From Ascidiella aspersa (Eukaryota), in contig OZ004613.1 of NCBI GenBank assembly GCA_963924565.1, forward strand, positions 15,252,001 through 15,316,000: a stretch of DNA of 64,000 nt, in the 5' to 3' direction. Below the pieces are notes generated by a model that saw only the letters and a program-made list of their open reading frames with translations, was not told the origin of the DNA and made no database searches. Positions 34,301-44,830 of this stretch are shown one piece after another. Within the stretch, counting starts at the first letter, position 1. Each line of letters opens with the position of its first letter. A program made the position numbers and the translations under genes.

Positions 34301-37300
34301 AGCTGCTACCCAATACCCATAGCTCATAGCTCATATATTTTTAGCACATACATTAGTTCTACCAATGGGGTATCCAGGTGGGGGTTGATGGTCAGACGCC
34401 CACTTTTGACAAGTTCTAAAATCGTTTTTTGGTGGTTTTGTCAGGTTTCTGTCCAAAGCAGGAATGTTTTTCAATACAATTGGGTTAATAGTCTTAAGCT
34501 AATGCAAAACTAAAATCAAACCTAAAACGCAATAGATGCAGGATAATTTTTTTCTTGGTCGCCTTTAATCTTTCAGGTTGGTTGATCGGGAAGTGCACAT
34601 GCGACACTTCAGCGAATAGAATCGTTTAATCGATTCGCAAAAAAATTTCATGTAAACCAATAAACAAACGACAGTACATAATTGAGAACACTAAATACTT
34701 CTTCCTTTTTTCTGTGTTAAAAACGTCGAGTTAGGCTCTGTTAACGTTCCTGGCTGTTCGCTGTCTGCGCTTATCTGGTGTTGGTGTAACAACGGCCTCT
34801 TCAACTGAGACAAATTCTCTTAAAAGTGGCCCAACTTTGACCGTTGTGACACATTTCGGGGTCGCTTTTATCTTCTAATACCACCCGACAAACGTGAAAA
34901 TGATTCTTTTCCTCAACTACTGACTTGGCGCACAGCTGCGGTGCAGATGTTGCGATAATCGTGGCATTACACCCAGGAAAATTATTCTTCGTTTTTTTAA
35001 TTGTATTGCATATGGCAAAAGGCGTGCAGTTTTGCATAGTATGTGCATTGAACTTAGGAAACTACGCTGCCAATGGTGGAATTAAAATGTAGCAAACTTA
35101 ATCAAACATATTTTGCGGTCTTGGTTTAGGTCAGGGGCGTATCCATAAATTCAAAAAGGGGGGGGGGGGGTTCAGAATTTTCAACTTGGGAATTCCCCGT
35201 TATTTTTCCGTCTGACGGTAATGACGTCATAAAATAGTGACGGATATGACGTCATAAAATAGAGATGGTAATGACGTCATAAACAAGAAAAAAAAAACAT
35301 CCGAAAAAGCCAATTAACGTCCAGCAAAAGCGAACATTTAGACGCAAAGCGATCACGTGCGTTGTTGACAATCCTGCCAGGCGCCAACTGCGAAACCGCT
35401 TAGTGTGCAATCGTTAACTTAAGGCGAAAAACTAAACCAAGGCCGTGAAAAAGGTGTGATTGATTTTGGTAGATCCATGTACGGGACTAGCTAAATTAAG
35501 CACGTCTGTCGCCACCTGCAATAGTAAACACAGATCGTTTTTCCCAGGTGTTTTTCGATTAGCGCGACATATATAACTACTTCGAAGAAACGGTATAACT
35601 TTAATATTAGTTAATCTAGTTCAACGTTTGATAACCGTTGTAAGTATGGTCGCACCTGGCGAGCGACGCAAGCGTGATTTTTTTTTTGGTATAACGGCAT
35701 TTCTTTTAAATTTCTTGCAAGTTTTTATTACATTGCCGAAAATAAAAAAATGTTATATGTCAATATTTTTTAATACGTTTTTGGTTTGTCCGCGACGCAC
35801 TTGGAAGCTTTCCTCGGCGCAACGGTAAAGAAGCGCTGATCTAGTTGCACCGTCTAACTCGACGTTTTCATGGAGAAATAAGTGGAAACCGCTTTATTTC
35901 TATTATTAATTGTCGAACACACACTTGCTGATTAGCCAACCCGAACGATTAACAAAAGGCGAAAGAGAAAAACTATCTAGCGTTTACGGTCGACTAAACA
36001 AAATACGAAAAACGGCGTTTTGCGTTTGATTTTGGTTTCGATTAGCTTAAGAAGTGTGACCCAATTACATTAAAACACGCAGCTTCGGACGGTGAGTAAA
36101 ACTCTGCCAAAAACGAACAAAAAACGATAATGTCACTTACGAAAACTTCTTAATGCTGTTTGTGCATGTAAAATATAATGGTGCAACCTTTTCTTAGTTG
36201 ATGAAGCATCCTTTTTTTCATCTAGCTGACTGGCTTAGAGATTTTTGCGTCTGCACCCTTAGAGTGCAGGAACAAGAAAAAAAGCCCCCAAATTTTTGGC
36301 GACAATTCTGCCAGGAGCCAGCTACGACACCCTTAAGCAATTGTTAACTTTATTTTAAATTTAAAACCTAAACCAGTGGGGGGGGGTCGGAACCCCCCCC
36401 CCCCCCCCCCCTGGATACGCCACTGGTTTAGGTTTTAAGTTTAAAATAAAGTTAACAATTGCATAAGGGTTTTACATGCACAAGCAGCATTAAGAAGAGA
36501 CGGACAGTGAAAGTTGCTCAAATAAATCAACCTTCTTATTGAAAAAGTGTATGGAATGACAAAAATGAAAGGCTTGATGACTTATAAAACTAGACTAAGC
36601 GTGGAGTAATACGAAAAACTTTGCAAAGGCTCATAAATATAATCTGTTAGACACTACTAAAGCGTAGATATTACCATTGCAATCGGCTGGGTCCAATTAC
36701 CATCTGTAAATTAGAATATCGCATATCACTGCGATCGAAGGGCAATTCGTCATTACGGTGCAACAAATCTTGCACAGAAAGAATAAAAAGAGGCTATTTT
36801 CTAGTATAAGAACACGACGGTTCCAAAATCCGATCTGGAAACCAACCATATGCCAAGTTATGTTATGATTGATGGAAATGAATGCTAAGTGACATATATC
36901 ATGGTCAAGTTATAACTTACAAATACTGCAGAGAAAACAGTCATAAGCAGATATGTGAAAAGATTTTCCACTGCCCCAATTTTAGCGTAGACAACAACCT
37001 TCTAAAAATCCAGCTAACGCTGTCTAGCAAGCAGAAAGTAGCACTGCAGCTGCACCAGCTGAATTCCTTACAAATAAAACTTAACCACAGAATATAGTGA
37101 CAAATGTGCAACTCTATGGCTTGAAAATTGTTTCTATTGTGCCCCGTTATATACTAGTTCTGGGAGGATGTGACCTTGTGGCTTTGTGCAAGACTACACT
37201 ATAAATAAATGTTGCATTTTATCAACTGAGCTGCTGCTTGGCATCAGTGGATCGCGTTCATAAACAGAACTTGTAAAATATTATACTGTATACTAAATAT

Positions 37301-40300
37301 CAAATTATGTTGCATGTAAAGGAAGCAAATGCTTGGATATGGATAAGCATACCAAGAAATAATGTGAATATTTTTGATTTATTTCTTTTGGTCATCTTCG
37401 CCTTGCTATGTATCGCTTTAACGCGAATAAAAGTTAGTAAAAAAGTGTTAGTTTTGAGTTTTAAGGTTTGCTTTCGCTAAACATTAATTGGCTGTTCCTT
37501 ATTAGGGTTTTACCAATGTTATGACGTCAATACCATCACTGTTTTATGAAGTCATTAGTCATTAATGTCAGAAGGAAAGTGGGGAAATTAAAAATTCGGG
37601 ACCACCCCTTTTGAATTTCTAGATACGCCCTGAGTGCTACATTGTATATATATATATATATATATACAGACACTTTTGTGGACATACTCAAACAGATATG
37701 TAAATTTTCAGTTTATAATATATCTTAAATTATGAAAGTCTTATTTATCATAATAACTTCTCTTATGCTTTATACTGTAAACCAGTGGTTCCCAATCTTT
37801 TTGTTCTCGCGACCCTTTTCCAGTTTTCGAAAACTTACGCGACCCCTAAGTTGTAGTGTATAAATTAAAACGATTACAATTCTTGACCGATTGTTTTAAA
37901 ATTTGTTTAAAATATATATTTAATTGTTGCATTATGATTTTATTCGATAACACTATTAGACTAAAGTTTAGTATTTAATCGTTAATGTGATGTAACAATC
38001 ATTATTGTGATATAATAACTATGTTTTTTTCACAACGGTTAGTAGTTTTTTTTAGCTTGTAGTTTCTGTCTTTAATGAGTCTGAGGATAAACATCTACAG
38101 TATTAATAAGTGCAACTTGATTATAGGTTAAAGTTTTCACATAGTTATTTGACAAATTACGAGGACTAATGTGAACAAGTTCTGAACTTAAAAGTATGAC
38201 GTGTGTACTGTTCCAAAAAAGGTTGACAAGCACTGCCGTAGGCTACCTACGATTAATATCGGGAACTCAATAGTTAGCTTATATTGCTAAAATAAAAAAC
38301 AAAGTCTATCTCGCAACTTGCTTCCCGGCGGCTCACTGTTTGAACATTCATTGTCAACAACACTCACTTAAGTCAGCATTTCTATCAACGATGATTTGTA
38401 TTTAATTGTCGTCTTCACGACCCCCAGAGAAAAGGCAAAGGACTCACTAGGGGGTTGCGACCCCCAGGTTGAAAACCACTGCTGTAAACCATACAATATT
38501 GAAGAATACGAAAGGAAATGACAAATTAAATTTAGACAAAAAATAGAACATGGTTTATTTTTAAGGAAAATGATTTGCATTAAGGAAACACTATATAAAA
38601 TATTATTGGAAAATGATGTCTAAAACTCTTTGAAACAGCATTTTTTGTCAAAAAATGAAGAAAAATAACATTTCTAAATATACCAACTGAGCCAGGCTAC
38701 ACATTTTACCATTTTACTATACAGTAAAACTTGAAAGAAGATATTTTGCACTAAATAGTTTGTGCTTGATACAAAACTAAGACACTTGAATTTTATATAA
38801 ATTTGTTATATCACAATTTACAAATAAAAACTGATGTGTACAATTCGAATTATTCTTAACATATTTTCCTATTCTTGACATTGTGGATAAGTACTGAAGT
38901 AAATCAAACAATATACTAACCTTGTCAAATCAGTTGAGGCTTTGTTAGAACTTAATACTGTTGTAAATGTGAGTGGATTTTCCATTGCAAAATCAGATTG
39001 GAGAAATATTTGTGGAAGTGCATCGACAGCTGCTCGTGTTTTGAGAATAGCATCTCTCTCATGCTGAGCAGCTATAACAGACTTCATCACCACTTTGTTT
39101 TTTCTGGAAAAAATGACAGATTGAGAACATTTTAGTAAATTTCTGAAAATCACAAAAGCTCAAAAAATGTCAAAAACTTAAGTATTTATATTTAACAATA
39201 AAAAAAAAAGTTAAAAAAAATTCATTAAATCACCTAGAGAAAACTTTTGTTAATATGAATAATATATCTTATATCTATTTGTCGTCCAGTCAGGAGGTCG
39301 GTTAGCATGTATTCGCTTCTGGTGCGCTTTAGTCTTCTCTTAGGGACTGAACAAAGAGCGGCGGTATTACACTGTGCTTTGCTTATCCACGGGTATGCCA
39401 ACGTGCGACTTGCAAGTTTGTAAGTGGCTCTTCTTAAATTGCGCAAAACAAGGCTGACCAGCAACTTGCATTTTTTACAACGGAGACTACATGCCTTCTG
39501 ATCACCACAAAATACAAAAAACACATCACATGCTTTGAAATTTCTCCTGTAAGGTGTTACTCTTATTGTGGGTATGCATTTAGTCAACGATACGCACGAC
39601 AGGGCCTTTGCATTTTTACAATAAAGGTATCACGCCTTCCAATAACCGCAATTTGCAAAAAACACATCACATGTTTTGCAATTTTTATCTGTGTAACATA
39701 TATAGCGCAATGTAGTAAAACGCTTAGGCATAAGTAAAGCTGTTATTGCATTTCAAAAAAAATTATGCATTATTTAGCCATTTTTTCTCTGACAAAGATG
39801 TTATGCTATCCGTAACATTTGAATATATGACCAAAGCCCCATGCAGCTAGCCCTTTGTTACAAAAGCTGCCACACAGGCCATATTTCTACAGCGATTAAA
39901 GGGCTACAAAAAAATACAAAAAAAAAAAAAAGTACAAAAATATGATTTAATTTTTTCTGTACAACAAATAACTTTTTGATAAAAAAAATATTAAATTTTA
40001 GCATCACGCCAAGTTAATATGCAAAATACTAGTTTAATAATTAATAAAGATATATAAATCAAAAAGGTTATTTGGATTTTACTTTAAATTAATTCAAGTT
40101 TTTAACATTTCCCAGGTATATAAAAAAATCAGTATCGGTTGACAAAAATTGTAAAAAAACGGGTATCGGTATAGGTCCAAAAAAGTGATATCGGTTGATC
40201 TCTAGTAACGGGTTTTTAAAAATTACTTTAACCACTTAAAATTTAAGTTTGCAAATTACCACGCTTATTGCATGGATATACTTATATCGCCGGGACAACT

Positions 40301-41883
40301 AAAGTAGTAATAAAACAATTAGAACTAAACTGGTAAATACTCTATTTAACCTAAGCACCATTGGACATTTCAGCTAGTACTGTATATACTATAGTATATA
40401 TATTTTTCCTTAGATATTTATACAAATCCAATTAAAATAACAATGGCATACTTTTCTATTTTCGAACATACAAAACAAATTATAATTTAATTTTAGTCAT
40501 ATCTATTGAATAAATGGTAATATTAACCCTGTTTGTGAATAAGAATTTTCTTCATTACTGGTTGCTTTACTTGATTTAAGTGTTTGACTGTCGTGCCGTA
40601 ACAATCTGTCACTTGTGTTATCCAGATAATCTTGAAAATGACCTTTTACTACATTAGGGACCCATTTTGATCTTCTGATTGTCGATCCTATAAACAAAAC
40701 AATAGATATTAGTATATAATAATATAAAGAGTTTTTACAGCAATTATTAATTACTTTAGCAGGTCACTGGTGTCCAAGGCATGTGAAATATATATAATTA
40801 AATTGATCAGTCTCTGCTAATTGCCATGGGATTTTAATTGGCACCATTCTACTTGGCTTTATTCTGAAGCAGCCTTTCCTAACCTGGGGTAAAAAATTTT
40901 TATCTTTATGTATCGCCAGCGTAATGCTTCGCTAAATAACTTTTTTTTAGCTTATTGGCAACAACCTTATCTCTTAGTTACTTTATTGTTATGTCACATG
41001 CTGTTTCGATTCATCAGCGTATTCGGCCGTCACGGCATAGATTTAGGTAACATGTCTGCGAGCAGACAGTGTGTTTAAAGTTTCCTTTCTGTGCATGTAG
41101 GCCCTGGAAGATTATAAAAATTTATTCTTAAAAATGTCATATTCAAAAGAAGAGAAAGTACCAGAAAAATTATTTTAATTTTGGAAAAGAATATTTTTTA
41201 ATTTATTTAAGTCACAACTGTCCAGTCTAAACAGACAAAACTAGACCAAAGTGGAATGACAACAACCCGTTGTCAAAAAGCAAAGGCACCCGTTGCATTA
41301 ATTATACCTGATGTAATTATTTATTTCCATTTTTATAGATTTTTATATATTGGGGGTGAATCTGATATTCATCTTTGTCCCCTGTTTTAAGGGCTTAAAT
41401 CATTGTGTTACCTTATTAAGTGTACTGAAATGTAACTGTCAATTTCCTCAATAAGCAATATCAATGAAGTGAAGTGACTTTGTCTAGAGTTCAAGAAGTA
41501 ATAAGGTCAGGTGTTTAATGTTTATACAAGAAACGCATAAGACACTTCGGCAGCGGCCGGTCTACGCCTTATGGGCAAGCGCCTTACACTTAGTAACCCT
41601 AATCGCTAAACAAGTCTCAGCACTGCCATATTGCTAAACTGCAAATTTGTGATATTAGTAGCTACACTATTAGTGTAGTTCTACTATTTGTCCACTCCAA
41701 AGTGCACCTACCTGGTGGTAAATCGCGAAAAGTTTCACCCCATGTTTTTGTAAATAGATCATAGTCTCTTCTTGACTTTCTAGGATCATTCAGAAGAGCT
41801 GCCAAGTTAACACGAGCATCATGAACTGTCCAGGGTTTATCATTTACATTCTCAGATTTTTTCTGCGACCCACCAGAAGTCAT
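16364..41883 (-). CDS. VPS54: Vacuolar protein sorting-associated protein 54 (GARP complex subunit), ~19 coding exons
   Basis: Exon peptides match VPS54 as I recall it: WTVHDARVNLAALLNDPR..FTKTWG; SSKLLQEKLSHYLDMVE..RQISLRSDAFF; VHQTQPTIQLLLSTNEYAGSLDLI; RFHEERRNKLSLILDNEVWKQ|AEVPPEL; YAVVGTVLILL; FNSRTCQLVLGAGALQLVGLKTITTKNLALASRCLQ; WEVKAPMPSPAFRQICKQ; NDGGPQHGLVTSD; ending NLRAMEKVDLKLSAVWI*. Approximate exons: 41883-41712, 40687-40528, 39103-38921, 34207-34042, 33921-33832, 33706-33513, 33390-33195, 32888-32673, 32469-31962, 31539-31421, 30997-30852, 30336-30191, 28768-28659, 21927-21832, 21458-21284, 20673-20515, 19406-19238, 17400-17251, 16417-16364. The start codon is uncertain. Confidence 0.96.
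16441..16820. mobile_element. Possible solo LTR in the last VPS54 intron
   Basis: TGTTAC...GTCACA ends, T-rich body, flanks attg/attt (3/4 TSD match). Confidence 0.3.
18045..18539. mobile_element. Possible solo LTR in a VPS54 intron
   Basis: TGTAAG...CCGACA ends, strand-skewed composition, flanks tgcc/ggcc (3/4 match). Confidence 0.35.
23395..23964. mobile_element. hAT MITE with GGAGCC/GGAGCT hexamer arrays
   Basis: TIR CAGGG(C/A)TGGGGAGCC; perfect 8-bp TSD GTTTTACA (23387-94 / 23965-72). It interrupts the LINE endonuclease region. Confidence 0.95.
24268..25440. mobile_element. Non-autonomous hAT element (CTCGC/GCGAG subterminal motifs) with a possible transposase N-terminal remnant
   Basis: TIR CAGGGTTG...CAACCCTG; CACTCGC/GGCGAG repeats at both ends; minus-strand peptide EYEKKRAQGFLEKW resembles hAT N-termini. 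TSD is not matched. Confidence 0.8.
26349..27073. mobile_element. hAT-Charlie-type MITE
   Basis: 16-bp TIR CAGGGGTCGGCAACCT; perfect TSD GCCTAGAC (26341-48 / 27074-81); GGCCCGC subterminal motifs. It splits the LINE RT just before DLSKAFD. Confidence 0.96.
28917..28956 (-). ncRNA. Minimal type I hammerhead ribozyme (Penelope pLTR), sense to the VPS54 pre-mRNA
   Basis: UUUGAC-CUGAUGA-A-GCAC(GGUU)GUGC-GAAA-GC-UU-GUCGAG: conserved core, 4-bp stem II, stem I UUUGAC/GUCGAG, palindromic AAGCUU stem III. Confidence 0.85.
30033..30072 (+). ncRNA. Minimal type I hammerhead ribozyme (inverted pLTR copy)
   Basis: tttgac CTGATGA a gcac ggtt gtgc GAAA gc tt gtcgag, identical to the minus-strand copy. 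Confidence 0.85.
30535..30800. repeat. ~30-bp minisatellite (~9 copies) in a VPS54 intron
   Basis: Unit cactcccagtg(g/a)ttttagcagtattagcaa repeated at a 30-bp period. Confidence 0.92.
34363..37632. mobile_element. Old hAT element (CAGTGGCGTATCCA-type TIR) hosting a younger relative
   Basis: Ends CAATGGGGTATCCAGG ... AGATACGCCCTG; TSD agttctac (34355-62) / agtgctac (37633-40). 37480-37632 is a diverged reverse complement of 35132-35330. Confidence 0.75.
35132..36425. mobile_element. Young hAT MITE nested in the older relative, opposite orientation
   Basis: TIR CAG(G/T)GGCGTATCCA; perfect TSD GTTTAGGT (35124-31 / 36426-33); poly-G/poly-C subterminal tracts. Confidence 0.93.
37783..38481. mobile_element. 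hAT-Charlie-type MITE
   Basis: CAGTGGTT...AACCACTG; perfect TSD CTGTAAAC (37775-82 / 38482-89); CGACCC motifs. Confidence 0.93.
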
Positions 41884-42644
41884 CTTTGAATTAAGTCGGA
41901 TAAGACAAAATAGGTTACCTTCCGTATATATTTATGAACTTTGTTCGCACTGAGTATAAATATCTGCTTAACAGTAAAGTAAGCATAACTTCATCTGAAC
42001 CATGGTTTTGATAATTTCTAAATCTGGGAAAACAATAATAAAATTGTCAAGCTTCATAGCATACTACTAACATACTTTAATAAATTGCACAATTTGTGGC
42101 TGCCAAAGACTTCAAAAATAAATATATTTTCAGACAAAATTATATGCCAAAACTGCTATTCTACAATGTAAAATCACTATATTCTACAATGTAAAATCAC
42201 TATAATCAACGCTGTAAACAGTACAAGTCGATAGCTAAGAGGAAGTTCTATTTGGGCCAAGTTAAGATACAATAGCAATAGTCAGTCGGTCTCAGCCTGT
42301 AGCCGTAAGTAACTCTAGTGAGTCCCGAAAGGAACTGACATCCAATCCCGATGACTTTATGAAGCCGAAACGAAATGCCAATAACAACACTGGAGTGCGA
42401 TTAGCATTGCTTTGATGCAAAATGCGAATAAATAAATCTGCCACGACACAGTATTTGCAAAAACACAGACGTATTCACGTATAAGTGCGAAAGCATTGTC
42501 CAGCTGACAACAAATAACGCTACACTAACCTGCATCCTAACCCAAATAATGTTTGTTGGTATTGGATTCAAAACTGGCACCGGCTAAAGTCTCTATACAG
42601 ACTATGGCACTGGCCTTTTTATTATTAAATCTAAGTCTCTACAT

Positions 42645-43275
42645 CAGGGGTCGGCAACCTTTTGCTAGTCACGGGCCAAACCAATCTCAGCAAGTTCTCG
42701 GCGGGCCGTAATAAATTCTCACAAAAATTTTGTTATAAAAACGTGTGGTTTTTAATCACTCTGAATCGAGGTCGTACCTAAATGTTTTATGCAATTGAAT
42801 ACAAATATGTATTTTAGAGTCAAAACTTAACGAGCAAAGCGCGAAAAAATATGCGTTTTTTTTTTAAAAAAAACTTTAAATTGCCTTTTAATTTGCAAGA
42901 AGACGTAACGCATTGCGCACACACAAAATTAAAATTAGACACATATCTGATACCCTTTGGTGTAATTTTTCTCATAAAAGACGGAATTCATCAGAGAAAG
43001 GATTATAAAGATTAAGTTGGAGAAACGTACATTTTACAGTGTTCCAATGTTCCATGCTACGATTAGTTTCCACTTAGATAGGTTTTATGCGCACGACCCT
43101 TTGGTCTTAGAAGACTGCCTCAAAAGGAACATGTAGTTTAAAGTGAAAGAAGACGACTCGCACGAAGCGCGAACATTTTTTGCATTTTCGTATGGTTCTA
43201 AAAGTTAAAAGTATGACGCATGGCCTTGTGTATAGTTTAAAAAAGAGGTCGCGGGCCGTAGATTGCCGGCCCCTG
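42645..43275. mobile_element. hAT-Charlie-type MITE upstream of VPS54
   Basis: CAGGGGTCGGCAACC ... GATTGCCGGCCCCTG; TSD ctctacat/ctttatat (6/8). Confidence 0.85.
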
Positions 43276-43912
43276 CTTTATATCTCAGAATTTGATTAAA
43301 GAAAGTCAACTTTATTTTATTTAAATATAAAACGTCGTATAACCAAGGATATTATTAAAAAATGTAGTGTAAAAAATTCGTTTAGGTCAATATGCTATAC
43401 AGTTGTCAAATATATAATTTATTGCAAAACGTTTAAAGGTAAATAACAAATATACTTGCTTTTCAAAAAAGTTAAACAACGATTGGACAATGGTATGGTT
43501 GAATGACCCTTCTTGGAAATCTGAAGTAAAATACATTTGCATTTTTGTTGACACGCATCAATGGTGTTGATTTGGCAAAAAGTTTTTCGAGACTGCTGAA
43601 AAACAGGGACTGCTGAGTCGGTTAAAAAACAACCCAAATACGACTTAAACATTCAACTTCTTTTCTAAAAAGAAATTCCAGCTAAATTGGCCGAAGCCCG
43701 TGCCGTGCGCCACAGCCATGTATTTCACCCATCCCCAGAACGTAGGTAGAAATACATCATTTCACCTCAAGGGGTGTTATATAACGCAAAGAGTTTTTAT
43801 TCGAGAGCCTTGCCGTGGATCGGAAGGGCGCCATCAGCTAACAGGTTGAGGAAAAAGTTGACATAAAAACTTTCTCCCAAGGGTCTACTTTGGACTTATC
43901 GTTCCTCACAAT

Positions 43913-44830
43913 CAGTGTTCCCTCTAAGGTGCGCAACTGCGCAATTGCGCAGCCACACCAGACAAATTGCGCAGTAAAATTTGCTTAAATTTTTTGACAT
44001 TTTTTATTTTTTATTTTCGGCAATGTAATAAAAACTTGCAAGAAATTTAAATAAATACTGTTATACCAAAAAAAAAAAAATGTTATTGCAAACATGGCGC
44101 TAGAAAAATTTCAACACAACGTCACATGTAAAAAGGCCAATTTTTAAAGCAAACGCATTTTTTCTTTGATGCAGTCACATTGTTGCAAAGTAAGAGACAG
44201 CCTATTAGTTGGATCAGTTTGGAGCATCTTGACGGTTGTATAAAATTCCAATAATATTTCGTGTAAACAATTTCACGATCTCGTTAAAAATTATCATTCC
44301 TTATTGGCAAAAGTTCAAAGAACCGCAAAGTGCTCAAAAGCTGAATCTAGAAAATAAATTTTATTTGTTTTTTTTTGTTTCTGTTTTTGTAACTTTTGCC
44401 TGCAACTACCAAGGAAATGTAAAACATCATTAAACTCAAACGTAACAATTCTACTTTCGTTTTACTTGTCGGCCAAAAAAATATCCTCTTTTTAGGTGCT
44501 GAAAAAATGGTAACCCTAAAGTATTAAAGTTATTACGTTTCTTCAAAGTAGTTTTATTACACTTATCATTAGTATTATGGATGACGACGTGTGGACTCAA
44601 ATTTTAAACCAAACAAACGCTTTTTTCACGCTTTGCGCCAACACCTTACTGCCTCCCTAAGTGTAATTAAACGCGTTTTTAAGTGCAAAAAAGATCCGAG
44701 GCCCGCCGGATTCACAGTTATTCTAACATTTTAATAACAACACAAATCTTAGTTAACATTTTGTGCGGCCCGCAAATACCTTTCTGAGTTTGGTTTTGGC
44801 CCGCGACTACAAAAAGGTTGCCGACCCCTG
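43913..44830. mobile_element. Chimeric or nested hAT MITE remnant
   Basis: Left end CAGTGTTCCCTCTAA with TGCGC arrays; right end AAAAGGTTGCCGACCCCTG. The ~300 bp before the right end is homologous to 26795-27073. No TSD. Confidence 0.7.

Noticed and set aside
41530-41630. tRNA gene
   Set aside because: Only a SINE-like remnant (ccttatgggcaagcgccttac); no cloverleaf or intact A/B boxes.
41968-42003. VPS54 start at the ATG at 42003 (strong Kozak context)
   Set aside because: It hits TAA after 11 codons, and I found no phase-compatible splice into the 41883 frame. It may be a uORF; unresolved.
42315-42340. Hammerhead-like CTAGTGAGTCCCGAAAGGAAC
   Set aside because: The core is not CUGAnGA, there is no GAAA after stem II, and no stem I.
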